Assembly (NCBI GenBank): GCA_963711565.1
Contig: CAVQEQ010000004.1
Coordinates: 1,088,001 to 1,152,000 of the forward strand
Reading direction: 5' to 3'
Length of the DNA: 64,000 nt
DNA from: an uncultured delta proteobacterium
GTDB taxonomy: Bacteria; Desulfobacterota; Binatia; Binatales; Binataceae
Below the pieces are notes generated by a model. It worked only from the letters and a program-made list of their open reading frames with translations, had not been told where the DNA came from and ran no database searches. Shown here piece by piece: positions 48,151 to 58,143 of the stretch. The position numbers were made by a program, and so were the translations under genes. Every line of letters starts with the position of its first letter. Position 1 is the stretch's first letter.

Positions 48151-48215
48151 CGGACAGCGGCGCGCAAGCGCCGCCGGTTCCGGTTCTGAAGATCGCGCAG
48201 CGCTCCTTTACTGAT

Positions 48216-49289
48216 CTAGAACCTGTCCGAAGTCCAGTACACCGATCGCGAATCGGCGAACAGCTCGAACGCATGCGCCGATGCGGCTTCCGGAGCCATC
48301 GCGAACCGCCGCGCAAGCTTCTCCGGCGCCAGAATCCGCCACATGTAGTTGTTGTCAACGTGGTGCGCGACGGGACAGCCCGCGTCGCCCAGCGCCTTTT
48401 CGAGCGCGGGATCGTGCGCCGTGTGCGCGACCAGCACGCTCGGCTCGGCAGGTTTCGACGCGCGATGGAGCAGGGCGGCTCGCCGATGGTCCCCGACACT
48501 CCGAACCGTGACCGGCACGCCGGCCGCCGACTGGCCGAGGAACTTGAACGTCGCGATCATCGCATCAATCCCTGAGGCGCCATCAACGTAGCCGTACTCC
48601 ATCGCCATCGAGACGCCGTACAACCGCGTCACCCGCGCATACGCCGCGATCCGCGCGCCGTCGCGGCACACTACGAAATACTCCTCGGAGCCTTCATCCG
48701 GATGGAGCGGTTGATTGCCGGCGAATTTGAGGCTCCCGCGCCACGCTACGTCGTCGCGAACCGCGGTCACATTAAATCGCCCGCTATAGCCGCGATGTAT
48801 CCCCGCAATCTCGGCAAGGTCGCGCGCACTCTCGAAGCTGTCGATCACGAAACGATCGGCCACGTTGAGCGAAGCGGCAGCCGCCAGGATGCTCTGCTTG
48901 CGCTCGATCTCGCGCCATCCGAACTGGTTGTAGAAAGTTAGCCGGTCCGCGAACAGCAACGACACTTCAAAGCTTTCGCGCACCATCGTCTCGACCGAGA
49001 GCCGCATCAGCGCCGACGCCACCCCCTTATGCCGATACTCGTCGAGCGTGAAGACCGATCCGATTCCGCCCATCGGCACCGATTGCCCGTCAAGATTGAT
49101 GGCGCGATCGAAGATCTGGACCGTCGAAACCAGCCGCCCGCCATCGCGCGCGACGAGGCACAAGGCATCGCGAAAGCCGGGATCGTTCTGATTGTAACGC
49201 GCGAAAAACTCGCCGCGATCGTTGTACCAGTGCCCAAGCAGGGCGATCACCTCGTCCCGCTCACTCTGATGCGCCGCCCGAACTTCCAT
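48216..49289 (-). CDS. GNAT family acetyltransferase (Eis-like N-terminus)
   Basis: MGGIGSVFT..EYRHKGVAS.LM, SLLF....FYNQFGW. Confidence 0.82.
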   Translation of the reverse strand: MEVRAAHQSERDEVIALLGHWYNDRGEFFARYNQNDPGFRDALCLVARDGGRLVSTVQIFDRAINLDGQSVPMGGIGSVFTLDEYRHKGVASALMRLSVETMVRESFEVSLLFADRLTFYNQFGWREIERKQSILAAAASLNVADRFVIDSFESARDLAEIAGIHRGYSGRFNVTAVRDDVAWRGSLKFAGNQPLHPDEGSEEYFVVCRDGARIAAYARVTRLYGVSMAMEYGYVDGASGIDAMIATFKFLGQSAAGVPVTVRSVGDHRRAALLHRASKPAEPSVLVAHTAHDPALEKALGDAGCPVAHHVDNNYMWRILAPEKLARRFAMAPEAASAHAFELFADSRSVYWTSDRF

Positions 49290-49373
49290 AATTTGGGTTT
49301 TGTAGCTTAGTTCAAGGGTCCACCGCTATAGGACCGGCGCGATCAGCTGAGATCCCGCATGCATTCGAGCCTC

Positions 49374-49410
49374 TGTCATTCTAGAGCGAAGCTGCGTAGC
49401 GAAGAATCCC
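49374..49410 (+). repeat. GTCAT-type REP-like palindrome
   Basis: TGTCATTCTAGAGCGAAGC..AGCGAAGAATCCC. Confidence 0.5.
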
Positions 49411-49491
49411 GAATATTTCTTCGCGCCTGTCTCCACTATCTGTCACTGTGTTCCATTACTTACTAAATCCCAATATGAAAGATCGACCGAC

Positions 49492-50055
49492 ATGGCAGGT
49501 CCCTATTTTCAAAAGAAAAGCTGGCCGTCCTTTGTCTATCGAGGGACGACGCATGACCTAATCCATCTCAATGAATATGAGCTAGTAGTGGTAGATACGG
49601 GCGGCCACGAGCGCCGGATTGCTGTCACGTTTGGCGACCACTGTTTCACACGCGCTCCCACACCCGGCGATGATCCAGCGCTTGCCTACCGGGACAGCGA
49701 TCGCAGGCCAGGCAATTTCTGTTTCGTGCGCTACGCGTTAACTTTCGGCTTGCGGCAACACATCAACGATGCCGTTGTAGGTAGGGTTTGGAATGTGGAA
49801 GGGGACCATTTCGCGGCGGTGCCTGAAGTTGATTCCTCCGGCAAGCGCGTTTCCTATGGAATCATTTTTAGTCTTGACCGCGTTACTGGTTTACCGGTGC
49901 ATCTGCACATGCGCATCAAAACAGCCTACCCGATTAATCTAAGGCTTGTGACATTTGGCTCCGTACGATTTCTGCATCTGGTTGCTTTGCGGATGAAGGG
50001 CAAAAGACCGCAAAAAGATCACCAGCGCCGTCGGAAGGTCCCAAGAATTCGGTAG
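49492..50055 (+). CDS. Unknown 187-aa protein with basic C-terminal tail; candidate RNase-type toxin
   Basis: Clean ORF, visibly more A/T-ending codons than its neighbours; motifs HDLIHL, VTFGDHCFT, FCFVRY, KTAYP; tail RMKGKRPQKDHQRRRKVPRIR. Confidence 0.7.
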   Translation: MAGPYFQKKSWPSFVYRGTTHDLIHLNEYELVVVDTGGHERRIAVTFGDHCFTRAPTPGDDPALAYRDSDRRPGNFCFVRYALTFGLRQHINDAVVGRVWNVEGDHFAAVPEVDSSGKRVSYGIIFSLDRVTGLPVHLHMRIKTAYPINLRLVTFGSVRFLHLVALRMKGKRPQKDHQRRRKVPRIR

Positions 50056-50065
50056 TGAGAGAGCA

Positions 50066-50096
50066 ACAAAAAGAAATAGGCCCTTTCGGGCCTATT
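50066..50096 (-). terminator. Intrinsic terminator ending the candidate ncRNA
   Basis: Minus strand AAUAGGCCC-GAAA-GGGCCUAUU followed by UCUUUUUG. Confidence 0.8.
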
Positions 50097-50227
50097 CGAT
50101 TCCGCCTACGGCAGGAATCTCTGGGCGAACCTCTTTCCTGTTTCCAGGTATCAATCCCATCCGGGATTGACTTGGTTGTAAAACCAAGCGGGGCTGGCTA
50201 TGCGCACGCCCTTGTATCCAGCGATCT
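50068..50227 (-). ncRNA. Candidate ~160-nt structured small RNA convergent with the 187-aa gene
   Basis: Own promoter and terminator; six stem-loops (two GAAA tetraloops); possible GGGCG/CGCCC pseudoknot; no well-placed RBS/ORF. Confidence 0.65.
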
Positions 50228-50233
50228 CAGCCA

Positions 50234-50261
50234 ATTATATGCTTCTCCCAAGGAGCGTCAA
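50234..50261 (-). promoter_or_regulatory. Near-consensus sigma70 promoter for the candidate ncRNA
   Basis: Minus strand TTGACG (50261-50256), 16 nt, TATAAT (50239-50234). Confidence 0.7.
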
Positions 50262-50312
50262 GCTACAAATCGGCGCGGTCGTTGCCTTCACTCCGATCCC
50301 ATTGCGCAGCTG

Positions 50313-51281
50313 CTAGCGCAAATCCAGGTGGACGCTCGTCGGCGCGCCGCCGCGATTTACCGTCAGGTCGATCGCTGACGCGGTTTTCACCGCCTGGATC
50401 AGGCCCATCGCCTGCATCGGGTTGGTGACCGGCTGTCCGTCGATCGAGGTCAGCAAGTCTCCGTCCTGCAGGCCGAGTTGTTGAAATACCGATCCCGGCG
50501 CGACCTCGGAGATCGAGAAGCCGTCGGTCTTGCCGTTGACGAAATGCGGCATCGCGCGCATCTGCGAGAAAAATTGCGCGGGATTTTCCATCGTCTGCTG
50601 AACTTCGGCCCGGCTCACTTCGAATTTTCCGGGACCAAGCTTTTTCAGCTCGATTTTACTGCTGTCGTCGCTGTTATCGTTGCCGCGAGCGGGGATATTA
50701 GGACGAAACCCGCGCAGTCCGCGCAGTCGCTCACGCATACCGGCGGCGAATCCCCCCGCCGGTCTATGTACCGCGCCCGCCGGGTTACCCAAGTGCGATG
50801 GCGACGGTTCGGGCATGTCGGCGGACGGAATCTCAATCGCCACCCGATGCCCGCCGCGATCGATGATCGCGCGGCTGGTCTCGACGCTCACCAGCTTGCC
50901 CGCATCCGGGATGTCCTCGCCCACCTGGTAGAGCGATTCTTCGCCGGTTGGATCCTCGATTATCGCATACGGCTTCGACCGGCTCAGGATCGAAGTGCCG
51001 ATCAGCTTGATATTCAGGTCCTCTTCCACGGGAGCCGGGGCGGGCCCGCTCTCCTGCGGCGTCTCGTTGAAGATGTCGCGCTTGACGATCTGATCGTAGT
51101 AGGTGCGCGTCCGTGCCCCGAGCGCGGCCCTCCGCGCCGACGACGACGCGGGCGTGTCGGCTTCATTGGCAACGCTGCGCGCGATAATGTCGCGCACGCA
51201 CATCGCCGACACGATCGCCAGCGCGGCAATCAGCACGAAGTTCAAAATCGTCACGTGAATCTGTGAGAATCTCAGTTGCAT
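50313..51281 (-). CDS. gspC: Type II secretion protein C with PDZ domain
   Basis: N-terminal TM; HR domain KLIGT...YAIIED....YQVGE; PDZ GKTDGF.I..V.PGS.F..LGLQDGD. Confidence 0.85.
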   Translation of the reverse strand: MQLRFSQIHVTILNFVLIAALAIVSAMCVRDIIARSVANEADTPASSSARRAALGARTRTYYDQIVKRDIFNETPQESGPAPAPVEEDLNIKLIGTSILSRSKPYAIIEDPTGEESLYQVGEDIPDAGKLVSVETSRAIIDRGGHRVAIEIPSADMPEPSPSHLGNPAGAVHRPAGGFAAGMRERLRGLRGFRPNIPARGNDNSDDSSKIELKKLGPGKFEVSRAEVQQTMENPAQFFSQMRAMPHFVNGKTDGFSISEVAPGSVFQQLGLQDGDLLTSIDGQPVTNPMQAMGLIQAVKTASAIDLTVNRGGAPTSVHLDLR

Positions 51282-52646
51282 CTACAGGATCGGCTCAGCC
51301 CCGTACGCGCACCCTTTAACTAGACGCCCCACGTCGTAGTTCCATTCACCCTTCCAGCGGCTGATGACGAAACTCGCCTGGCTATGGCCGCCGCGCACAA
51401 GGTCCATCAGCCGCAGCAGGTAGATGCTCTCATCCTGGCCGCTGCTGTTCAACGCCCGCTGGCGTTCGAGCCCCTTGGCCGCTATCTGCATCAGCTCGTA
51501 GCCAAGCTCCTGAAGTTTAATTTTTCCCGCTCGTGCGTCAAGCCCGTTCTTATGCGCCGCGTCCGCGATTTCGCGCCGCTCCCGATAGCTCCAGCCCTTG
51601 ACCAGGTCCCACGCCCCCGCGAGGCAATCGTCGTCGTACAGCATCCCCTTCAGCAGAGCCGGCAGCGCGAGCATGAATTGCGGCGGCTGGCTGTCCGCGG
51701 TCCGCACCTCGACGTATTTCTTCAGCCGCACCTCGGTGAAAATCGTCGTCAGGTGATTGGTCCAGTCCTCGACGGTGGCACGCTCGCGGCCGTAACCGCG
51801 CTCCAGATATTGCCGGAACGTCAGCCCCGGCGGCCTGGTCAGGTCGATATATTCATGGTTGCGAATCAGGAAGTACATCGGCACGTCGAGCGCAAACTCG
51901 GCGTAATCCTCGAACGAACAATCGTCGCGCAACACGAACTCCGGCACGCCGCTGCGCTGGTTGTCGGTGTCGGTCCAGATATGCCCGCGGAAGCTGTGAT
52001 ACCCGTTCAGGCCGCCGTCGCTCAGCGGCGAGTTCGCGAATATCGCGTACAGCAGCGGCACGATCCCCATGCTGACCCGCAGCTTGCGCATCGCGTCGCG
52101 CTCGTCGCTGTAGTCGAGGTTGGCCTGCACGCCTGCGGTCTGCTTCATCATGCGCTGGCCGAGCTTCCCGACCCGCGCCATGTACGGGTACATAATGTGG
52201 TAGCGCGCCTTCGGCAGCAGCTCGATCTGGTCGATCCGGCTGACCGGCTGCATCCCGAGTCCAAGCACCGTCGCGCCGATTTGCCCGGTCAACTCGATCA
52301 GTTGATTTACGTGGGTCGCGAACTCGTCGTACGCGCAATGGATACTCTCGCACTGCTCGCCCGACAACTCGATCTGCCCGCCGGGCTCGAGCGTTATCGT
52401 AGAGCGTTCACCCTGCAACGCGAGGACATGGCCGTGCTCCTCTTCGGGCTTGAAGCCGTAGTCGCTGACCATACGATGCAGCAGGTCCTCGACGCCGCCG
52501 GCGCCGGAGTAGGGGATTGCAGTGGCGTCGCCGCTGTGTACGACGACTTTCTCGTACTCGGTGCCGATCCTCCACTGCGCGCGGGGCTTGCCGCCTTCGT
52601 GGAAGTAGCGGATCAGGTCGTCCTTCTTTTCAAGCAACTCACTCAT
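51282..52646 (-). CDS. gshA: Glutamate--cysteine ligase (GCS2, plant/alphaproteobacterial type)
   Basis: WRIGTEYEK, TLEPGGQIELSG, PKARY.IM, QANLD, FANSP, HLTTIFTEVRLK..EVR.AD. Confidence 0.9.
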   Translation of the reverse strand: MSELLEKKDDLIRYFHEGGKPRAQWRIGTEYEKVVVHSGDATAIPYSGAGGVEDLLHRMVSDYGFKPEEEHGHVLALQGERSTITLEPGGQIELSGEQCESIHCAYDEFATHVNQLIELTGQIGATVLGLGMQPVSRIDQIELLPKARYHIMYPYMARVGKLGQRMMKQTAGVQANLDYSDERDAMRKLRVSMGIVPLLYAIFANSPLSDGGLNGYHSFRGHIWTDTDNQRSGVPEFVLRDDCSFEDYAEFALDVPMYFLIRNHEYIDLTRPPGLTFRQYLERGYGRERATVEDWTNHLTTIFTEVRLKKYVEVRTADSQPPQFMLALPALLKGMLYDDDCLAGAWDLVKGWSYRERREIADAAHKNGLDARAGKIKLQELGYELMQIAAKGLERQRALNSSGQDESIYLLRLMDLVRGGHSQASFVISRWKGEWNYDVGRLVKGCAYGAEPIL

Positions 52647-52775
52647 GAATCAAATCCAATCGCGACTCCCTGAAAAGAGGGTGGGCAAGCGCGCCTATAA
52701 TGGCCCCGCCCAACATGCGAGGCAAGCACATTCGGAATGAACAAAAAATACATATACTCTCGCACCAAGTGATCG

Positions 52776-54083
52776 ATGGAACTTGAAGATCTTTCCCCGC
52801 GCGACGACACCGCGAGCGTCCCCGAACCGCCACCCGGCGGCGAGGGCCCCGCGATGCAATTCGAAGTCCTCTCCTATTTCGCCATCCTGAATATCGCGAT
52901 CGGATTAGGCTCGCCGCTCGGTATCGCCGCGATTCCACTTTCCTACTTCCTCAAAGACTCCCTCCATCTTTCTCCGGTCCGGCTCGCCGTCTTCCTTGCG
53001 ATCGTTTCGATTCCCGTCTGCGCCGGTTTCGCCTTCGGCTTCATCCGCGACCGATGGCGCAGCGCGCGATGGGGCGATCGCCAATACCTCTTCGCCTGCG
53101 CCGCCGTCGCCACCACTGGGTACGTATGGTTAGCCGCCTCGCCGATCAACTATTCCAAGTTGCTATTGCTCGTAGTCATCATCGTCACCGCTTACGTAAT
53201 GGTCTTCGCTTCGGCCCAGGCTCTTATGACCGGCGTGGCGCAGGCGCATGGGATGACCGGGCGGCTGAGCGTCGTCTTCAGCTTCGGCTTTTTCACTCCC
53301 GCGGTAATCTCGGCGCTGGCCGGCGGATGGCTGGTCGCGCATGCGTCCGTGCGCGGTACGTTTCTCATCGCGGGCGGTGTCACGATTATCATCGCGATAC
53401 AGGCCTTCTGGCGCCTCGAGGCCGCCGACGAATTCGAAAGCTCAAGCGTTCTCGTGCCCTATGAGAAAGGCTTCGCTGCCATGCGCCGCCTGTTCCACCA
53501 TCGCCCCCTATGGCCGGCCGCCGCCATCTACTTCCTGTGGAACTTCAGTCCGGGATGGGGCACGCCGATGTTCTATCACCTGACGGAGCACGTCCGGATT
53601 TCGAGCGAACTGTTCGGCACCTTCACCGCGCTGCAGTCGTTGTTCTTCTTGCCTACGAGTTTGCTGTACGGCTACCTATGCGTACGCGCGCCGCTATCGC
53701 GCCTGCTCTGGTGGGGAACGATAGTCGCAATCCTGCAAGCCCCGATCATGTTCCTCGCGATGGGACCGACGAGCACCATCATAGTCGCAATCCTGTACGG
53801 CCTATTCGGCGGCTTCGCCACCGCCGCCTACATCGATCTCATCATGCGTTCATGTCCCAAGGGCTTGGAAGGAACCGCGATGATGGTGGCGAACACCTCG
53901 ATGTTCGCGATCGCCGGCAACGCCGGCAACTTGCTCGGAAGCTGGATCTATTCCAGCGGCGGCTTCGCCTCGGCCGTAATCATCACAACCCTGGCAACCG
54001 CCCTGATAGTCCCGCTGCTGGCAGCAATCCCGCCCGCACTAATATCCACCCGCGACGGCGAACGCCTCGAGTCTGACGCCTAG
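52776..54083 (+). CDS. MFS transporter, BT1/folate-biopterin-like
   Basis: YFLKDSLHLSP, FGFIRD, CPKGLEGT motifs; ~12 TM segments. Confidence 0.75.
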   Translation: MELEDLSPRDDTASVPEPPPGGEGPAMQFEVLSYFAILNIAIGLGSPLGIAAIPLSYFLKDSLHLSPVRLAVFLAIVSIPVCAGFAFGFIRDRWRSARWGDRQYLFACAAVATTGYVWLAASPINYSKLLLLVVIIVTAYVMVFASAQALMTGVAQAHGMTGRLSVVFSFGFFTPAVISALAGGWLVAHASVRGTFLIAGGVTIIIAIQAFWRLEAADEFESSSVLVPYEKGFAAMRRLFHHRPLWPAAAIYFLWNFSPGWGTPMFYHLTEHVRISSELFGTFTALQSLFFLPTSLLYGYLCVRAPLSRLLWWGTIVAILQAPIMFLAMGPTSTIIVAILYGLFGGFATAAYIDLIMRSCPKGLEGTAMMVANTSMFAIAGNAGNLLGSWIYSSGGFASAVIITTLATALIVPLLAAIPPALISTRDGERLESDA

Positions 54084-54223
54084 CTCAATCGTCGCGCAAA
54101 CCTTCCGCTTCTTCCCCTGTCAGATAGAGGGAGGTAATTCAGGAACGTGAAGGCCCGCGGCGATGAGAACGCAAAGCCGAACATATTCGAAATATTCGCG
54201 TTTCGTTCTCCTGAACCAAAGAA

Positions 54224-54239
54224 CGTTTCACGTGAAACA
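54224..54239. other. parS centromere-like ParB binding site
   Basis: CGTTTCACGTGAAACA, 15/16 match to TGTTTCACGTGAAACA; intergenic. Confidence 0.8.
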
Positions 54240-54374
54240 TTTTCGCTTTATACCGCAACATCTAAGCGCCATTTTTTCCAAAACAGGCGAAAACTCCACG
54301 CCATTTGGTTGCTGCATAAAAGGAACCTGAGAGCGAAATGGCGTCCTCGACATTTCGCGCTTAGCCTTTCTTCC

Positions 54375-54440
54375 TCACTGGGTGCAGGGGTCACCCCTGC
54401 CCAAGGAGGTGCGGAACCCACGGCGGGTTCCGCATTCAAT
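54375..54440 (+). repeat. 66-bp two-hairpin repeat, copy A (inverted partner at 56675-56740)
   Basis: TCACTGGGTGCAGGGG-TCA-CCCCTGCC...TGCGGAACCC-ACGGC-GGGTTCCGCA. Confidence 0.75.
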
Positions 54441-54495
54441 CTCCGCTCGACTTCGCGTAAAAACGTGCCACACTCGCGCGCGGGAGAATTTCGTG

Positions 54496-55998
<1,503 letters not shown>

Positions 55999-56016
55999 AC
56001 AGAAGGACAAGAAGCA

Positions 56017-56655
56017 ATGCCTGAAAACGGAAAACCCTACGTCACCGCTCTCTACCCCGAACAGGACGATCAGGCCGCCGACTCGCTCGGCCGCGCGTTC
56101 ATCAACGACCCGACCTTCAAGGCGATAATTCCGGATCTCACCGACCCGGTCGAGCGTGCCAAACATCTGGCGGACCTGTTTCGCGGTATGCTCGCGATCG
56201 AGCGCCGCTCGGGACAGCCGGTGTTCGGCGTGATCGACGACAACGGCCGCGTCGTTGCAGCCGCGATGACCGAGGGCGTTGGGCATCCAGGCGCGCTCGG
56301 CATGGTCACCACCGGCCTTGGTCAGATGCCGCGGATGATGCGCGCGATCGGATTGGGCGGTCTATGGCGCGGGCTGAATCTGGTGAGCGTGCTGGCCGCC
56401 AATCATCCAAAGGAGCCGCATCTGTACTTGCAGGTGCTCGGCTGCGATCCGCCGTTCCAGGGCAAGGGTTACGGCAAGGCGCTGGTGGATCACCTCGCGC
56501 TCGAGGCCAAAGCGCGACCCGAAATCGCGGGCGTGTATCTCGAGACGATGACCGAAGCCAACGTCGCGTTCTACAGTTCGAGGGGCTACGAAATCGTGGG
56601 AGAGCTATACCCGATAGGCGTCCGGACGTGGCGAATGTACCAGCGCAAACGGTAA
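56017..56655 (+). CDS. GNAT family acetyltransferase
   Basis: HLYLQVLGCDPPFQGKGYG, YLET...NVAFYSSRGY. Confidence 0.85.
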   Translation: MPENGKPYVTALYPEQDDQAADSLGRAFINDPTFKAIIPDLTDPVERAKHLADLFRGMLAIERRSGQPVFGVIDDNGRVVAAAMTEGVGHPGALGMVTTGLGQMPRMMRAIGLGGLWRGLNLVSVLAANHPKEPHLYLQVLGCDPPFQGKGYGKALVDHLALEAKARPEIAGVYLETMTEANVAFYSSRGYEIVGELYPIGVRTWRMYQRKR

Positions 56656-56674
56656 GAAGGGGCAGGGGGAACGA

Positions 56675-56740
56675 ATCGAATGTGAAACCCGCGGTGGGTT
56701 TCACGCTTCCTTCGGCAGGGCTGAGCCCTGCACCCAGTGA
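56675..56740 (-). repeat. 66-bp two-hairpin repeat, copy B
   Basis: Reverse complement TCACTGGGTGCAGGGC-TCA-GCCCTGCC...GTGAAACCC-ACCGC-GGGTTTCAC. Confidence 0.75.
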
Positions 56741-56778
56741 TAAGAAAGTCGGATGCGCGGCGCGTTCCTACGATCCGA

Positions 56779-56814
56779 TTCCCCTTCCCGTTCGGGAAGG
56801 GGTTAGGGGTTAGG
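56779..56814 (+). repeat. Single G-tract REP-like unit
   Basis: CCCCTTCCCG-TT-CGGGAAGGGGTTAGGGGTTAGG; same family as the 41.5-kb end module. Confidence 0.7.
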
Positions 56815-56858
56815 TTGGACGCATCCAGCACCACCGGCTGTGTCGAGATCTCTTCTCG

Positions 56859-57137
56859 TCACCCCGCGGCGTCGCGCGGGTGGATGGTGGTGACGCGGAG
56901 GCCTTTGGAAGTCCAGCCAACGTCGAAGCCGACGATATCGCCTTCGCGTATCAGATCGATTCCTGGCATCGTGCCGCCGAGTCGCGCTCCGGCGACGGCT
57001 ACGAACGGAAACTCGAACGGAATCTCCTTGCCGCTATGCGAGCGCACGATGCCCCGGCCGCGCGCGCGGTCGAGCTTGAGTATCATCCCCTGGTAGAAAT
57101 TTCCCGGAAAGCGCTCGCCGTCGTATTCGTCAGCCAC
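56859..57137 (-). CDS. Small cold-shock-domain/OB-fold-like protein
   Basis: YQGMILKL..ARGRGIV......IPF and LIREGDIVGFDVG...KGLRVTTI resemble CSD strand spacing without canonical RNP1/RNP2. Confidence 0.55.
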   Translation of the reverse strand: MADEYDGERFPGNFYQGMILKLDRARGRGIVRSHSGKEIPFEFPFVAVAGARLGGTMPGIDLIREGDIVGFDVGWTSKGLRVTTIHPRDAAG

Positions 57138-57248
57138 GATCCTAGGGAGTAGCATCCCGCGACGGCGCGGAAAAGCCGCCCATGAAAAAGCCGGCGATGA
57201 CTGTCTCATCGCCGGCCCGATTTGCGCATCGATTCGCGCGCGAAAAGC

Positions 57249-57896
57249 TCAGCCACCCAATTTGTAATCGATCACTTTGCTCCAGGATTCCACCATCACC
57301 TTTCCAGCCCAGGTCTTCTTGGTCTCTTCCTTGACCAGGCCGCCCGGGACGTCATCCGACAGCCAATCTTTCGAGGTGGACAGCTCGCGGCCGTTCTGGA
57401 TTGAAGTCTCGACCCAATGCGTCTTGATCTTGTTGCCCATCACGGTCACGTCTTCGTCGCCTTCAGTCTCCTTGACGGTTGGCTGCTTCGCCGGCTTCTC
57501 GTACAGCGAGTCGCTCGCATTGCTGATCTCGCCGTTGGCGAACAGCGTCACCTTGTCAGCCGGCATCTCGGTCTCGCTGCCGTCGCCAAGATCGATCCTG
57601 GTCTCCTCGAGGATGGCCTTGTCCTTATTGAGATCGACCAGCTTGCTGTTGATGCGCATGACGTCGGCGGAGGGCGGATGCGCCATCGCGGCGACGACGC
57701 CGACGCTGGCATCGCGATGCTCGAGTACTTTGCGCTCAAGAGTTACGTAGGTGCCGACTTTGAATCGGGCCCATTGCGCGTACTCCGGATTGGCGGGTTC
57801 CGGAGGATGTGAATCGTCAGCGGCCATCAGGAAGAGACTTCCGCTGAGAAGAATGGAGCCCAGGATTGCCGCGGAAAGTGTCGGCCGGAACCTCAT
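57249..57896 (-). CDS. Exported hypothetical protein
   Basis: Signal peptide; GGAGG RBS; WARFKVG and W.SDDVPGGLVK beta-rich motifs. Confidence 0.65.
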   Translation of the reverse strand: MRFRPTLSAAILGSILLSGSLFLMAADDSHPPEPANPEYAQWARFKVGTYVTLERKVLEHRDASVGVVAAMAHPPSADVMRINSKLVDLNKDKAILEETRIDLGDGSETEMPADKVTLFANGEISNASDSLYEKPAKQPTVKETEGDEDVTVMGNKIKTHWVETSIQNGRELSTSKDWLSDDVPGGLVKEETKKTWAGKVMVESWSKVIDYKLGG

Positions 57897-58143
57897 GGTG
57901 AGACCTCCTGAAGTGACGAAGGTGGAAAGCCGCTAGAGCTACAGTCGCACTATGGGAAAATCCTACTGAAAGAAAATTGTCGCTGTCAACCGTAACCTGC
58001 TGGCGTAGCGCGCGTAATCTTAGAAGAGAGTCAGCGTCTCGGTTGACAATGGACTTAAGGAATCGTTAGATCGAAATACTGAGCGAAGGATTTCTACGAC
58101 CAGCTGACACAACCGGGATTGAGTTCCCTGCAAGGAGGAACCG

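Noticed and set aside
47990-48499. N-terminal extension of the carboxypeptidase ORF to 48499
   Set aside because: Overlaps the GNAT gene and a REP; the signal peptide places the start near 47989
50092-50207. Small minus-strand peptides (18 and 22 codons) inside the candidate RNA as type I toxins
   Set aside because: No properly spaced RBS, starts lie within hairpins, and the peptides are not hydrophobic
50068-50227. Identity as 6S, SRP, tmRNA, RNase P or hammerhead RNA
   Set aside because: No long rod with central bubble, SRP loop motif, tRNA-like ends or CUGAUGA core visible; a formal Rfam scan is still required
50055-50378. 107-aa plus-strand ORF as a protein antitoxin partner
   Set aside because: Runs through the hairpin, terminator and promoter region and into the antisense of gspC; no recognisable protein features. 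Its start overlaps the upstream stop, so ribosome profiling would be needed to exclude it fully
54147-54495. ORF 54147-55001 and the upstream extension of glpK
   Set aside because: They cross the parS and repeat intergenic region; GlpK homology begins at about 54496
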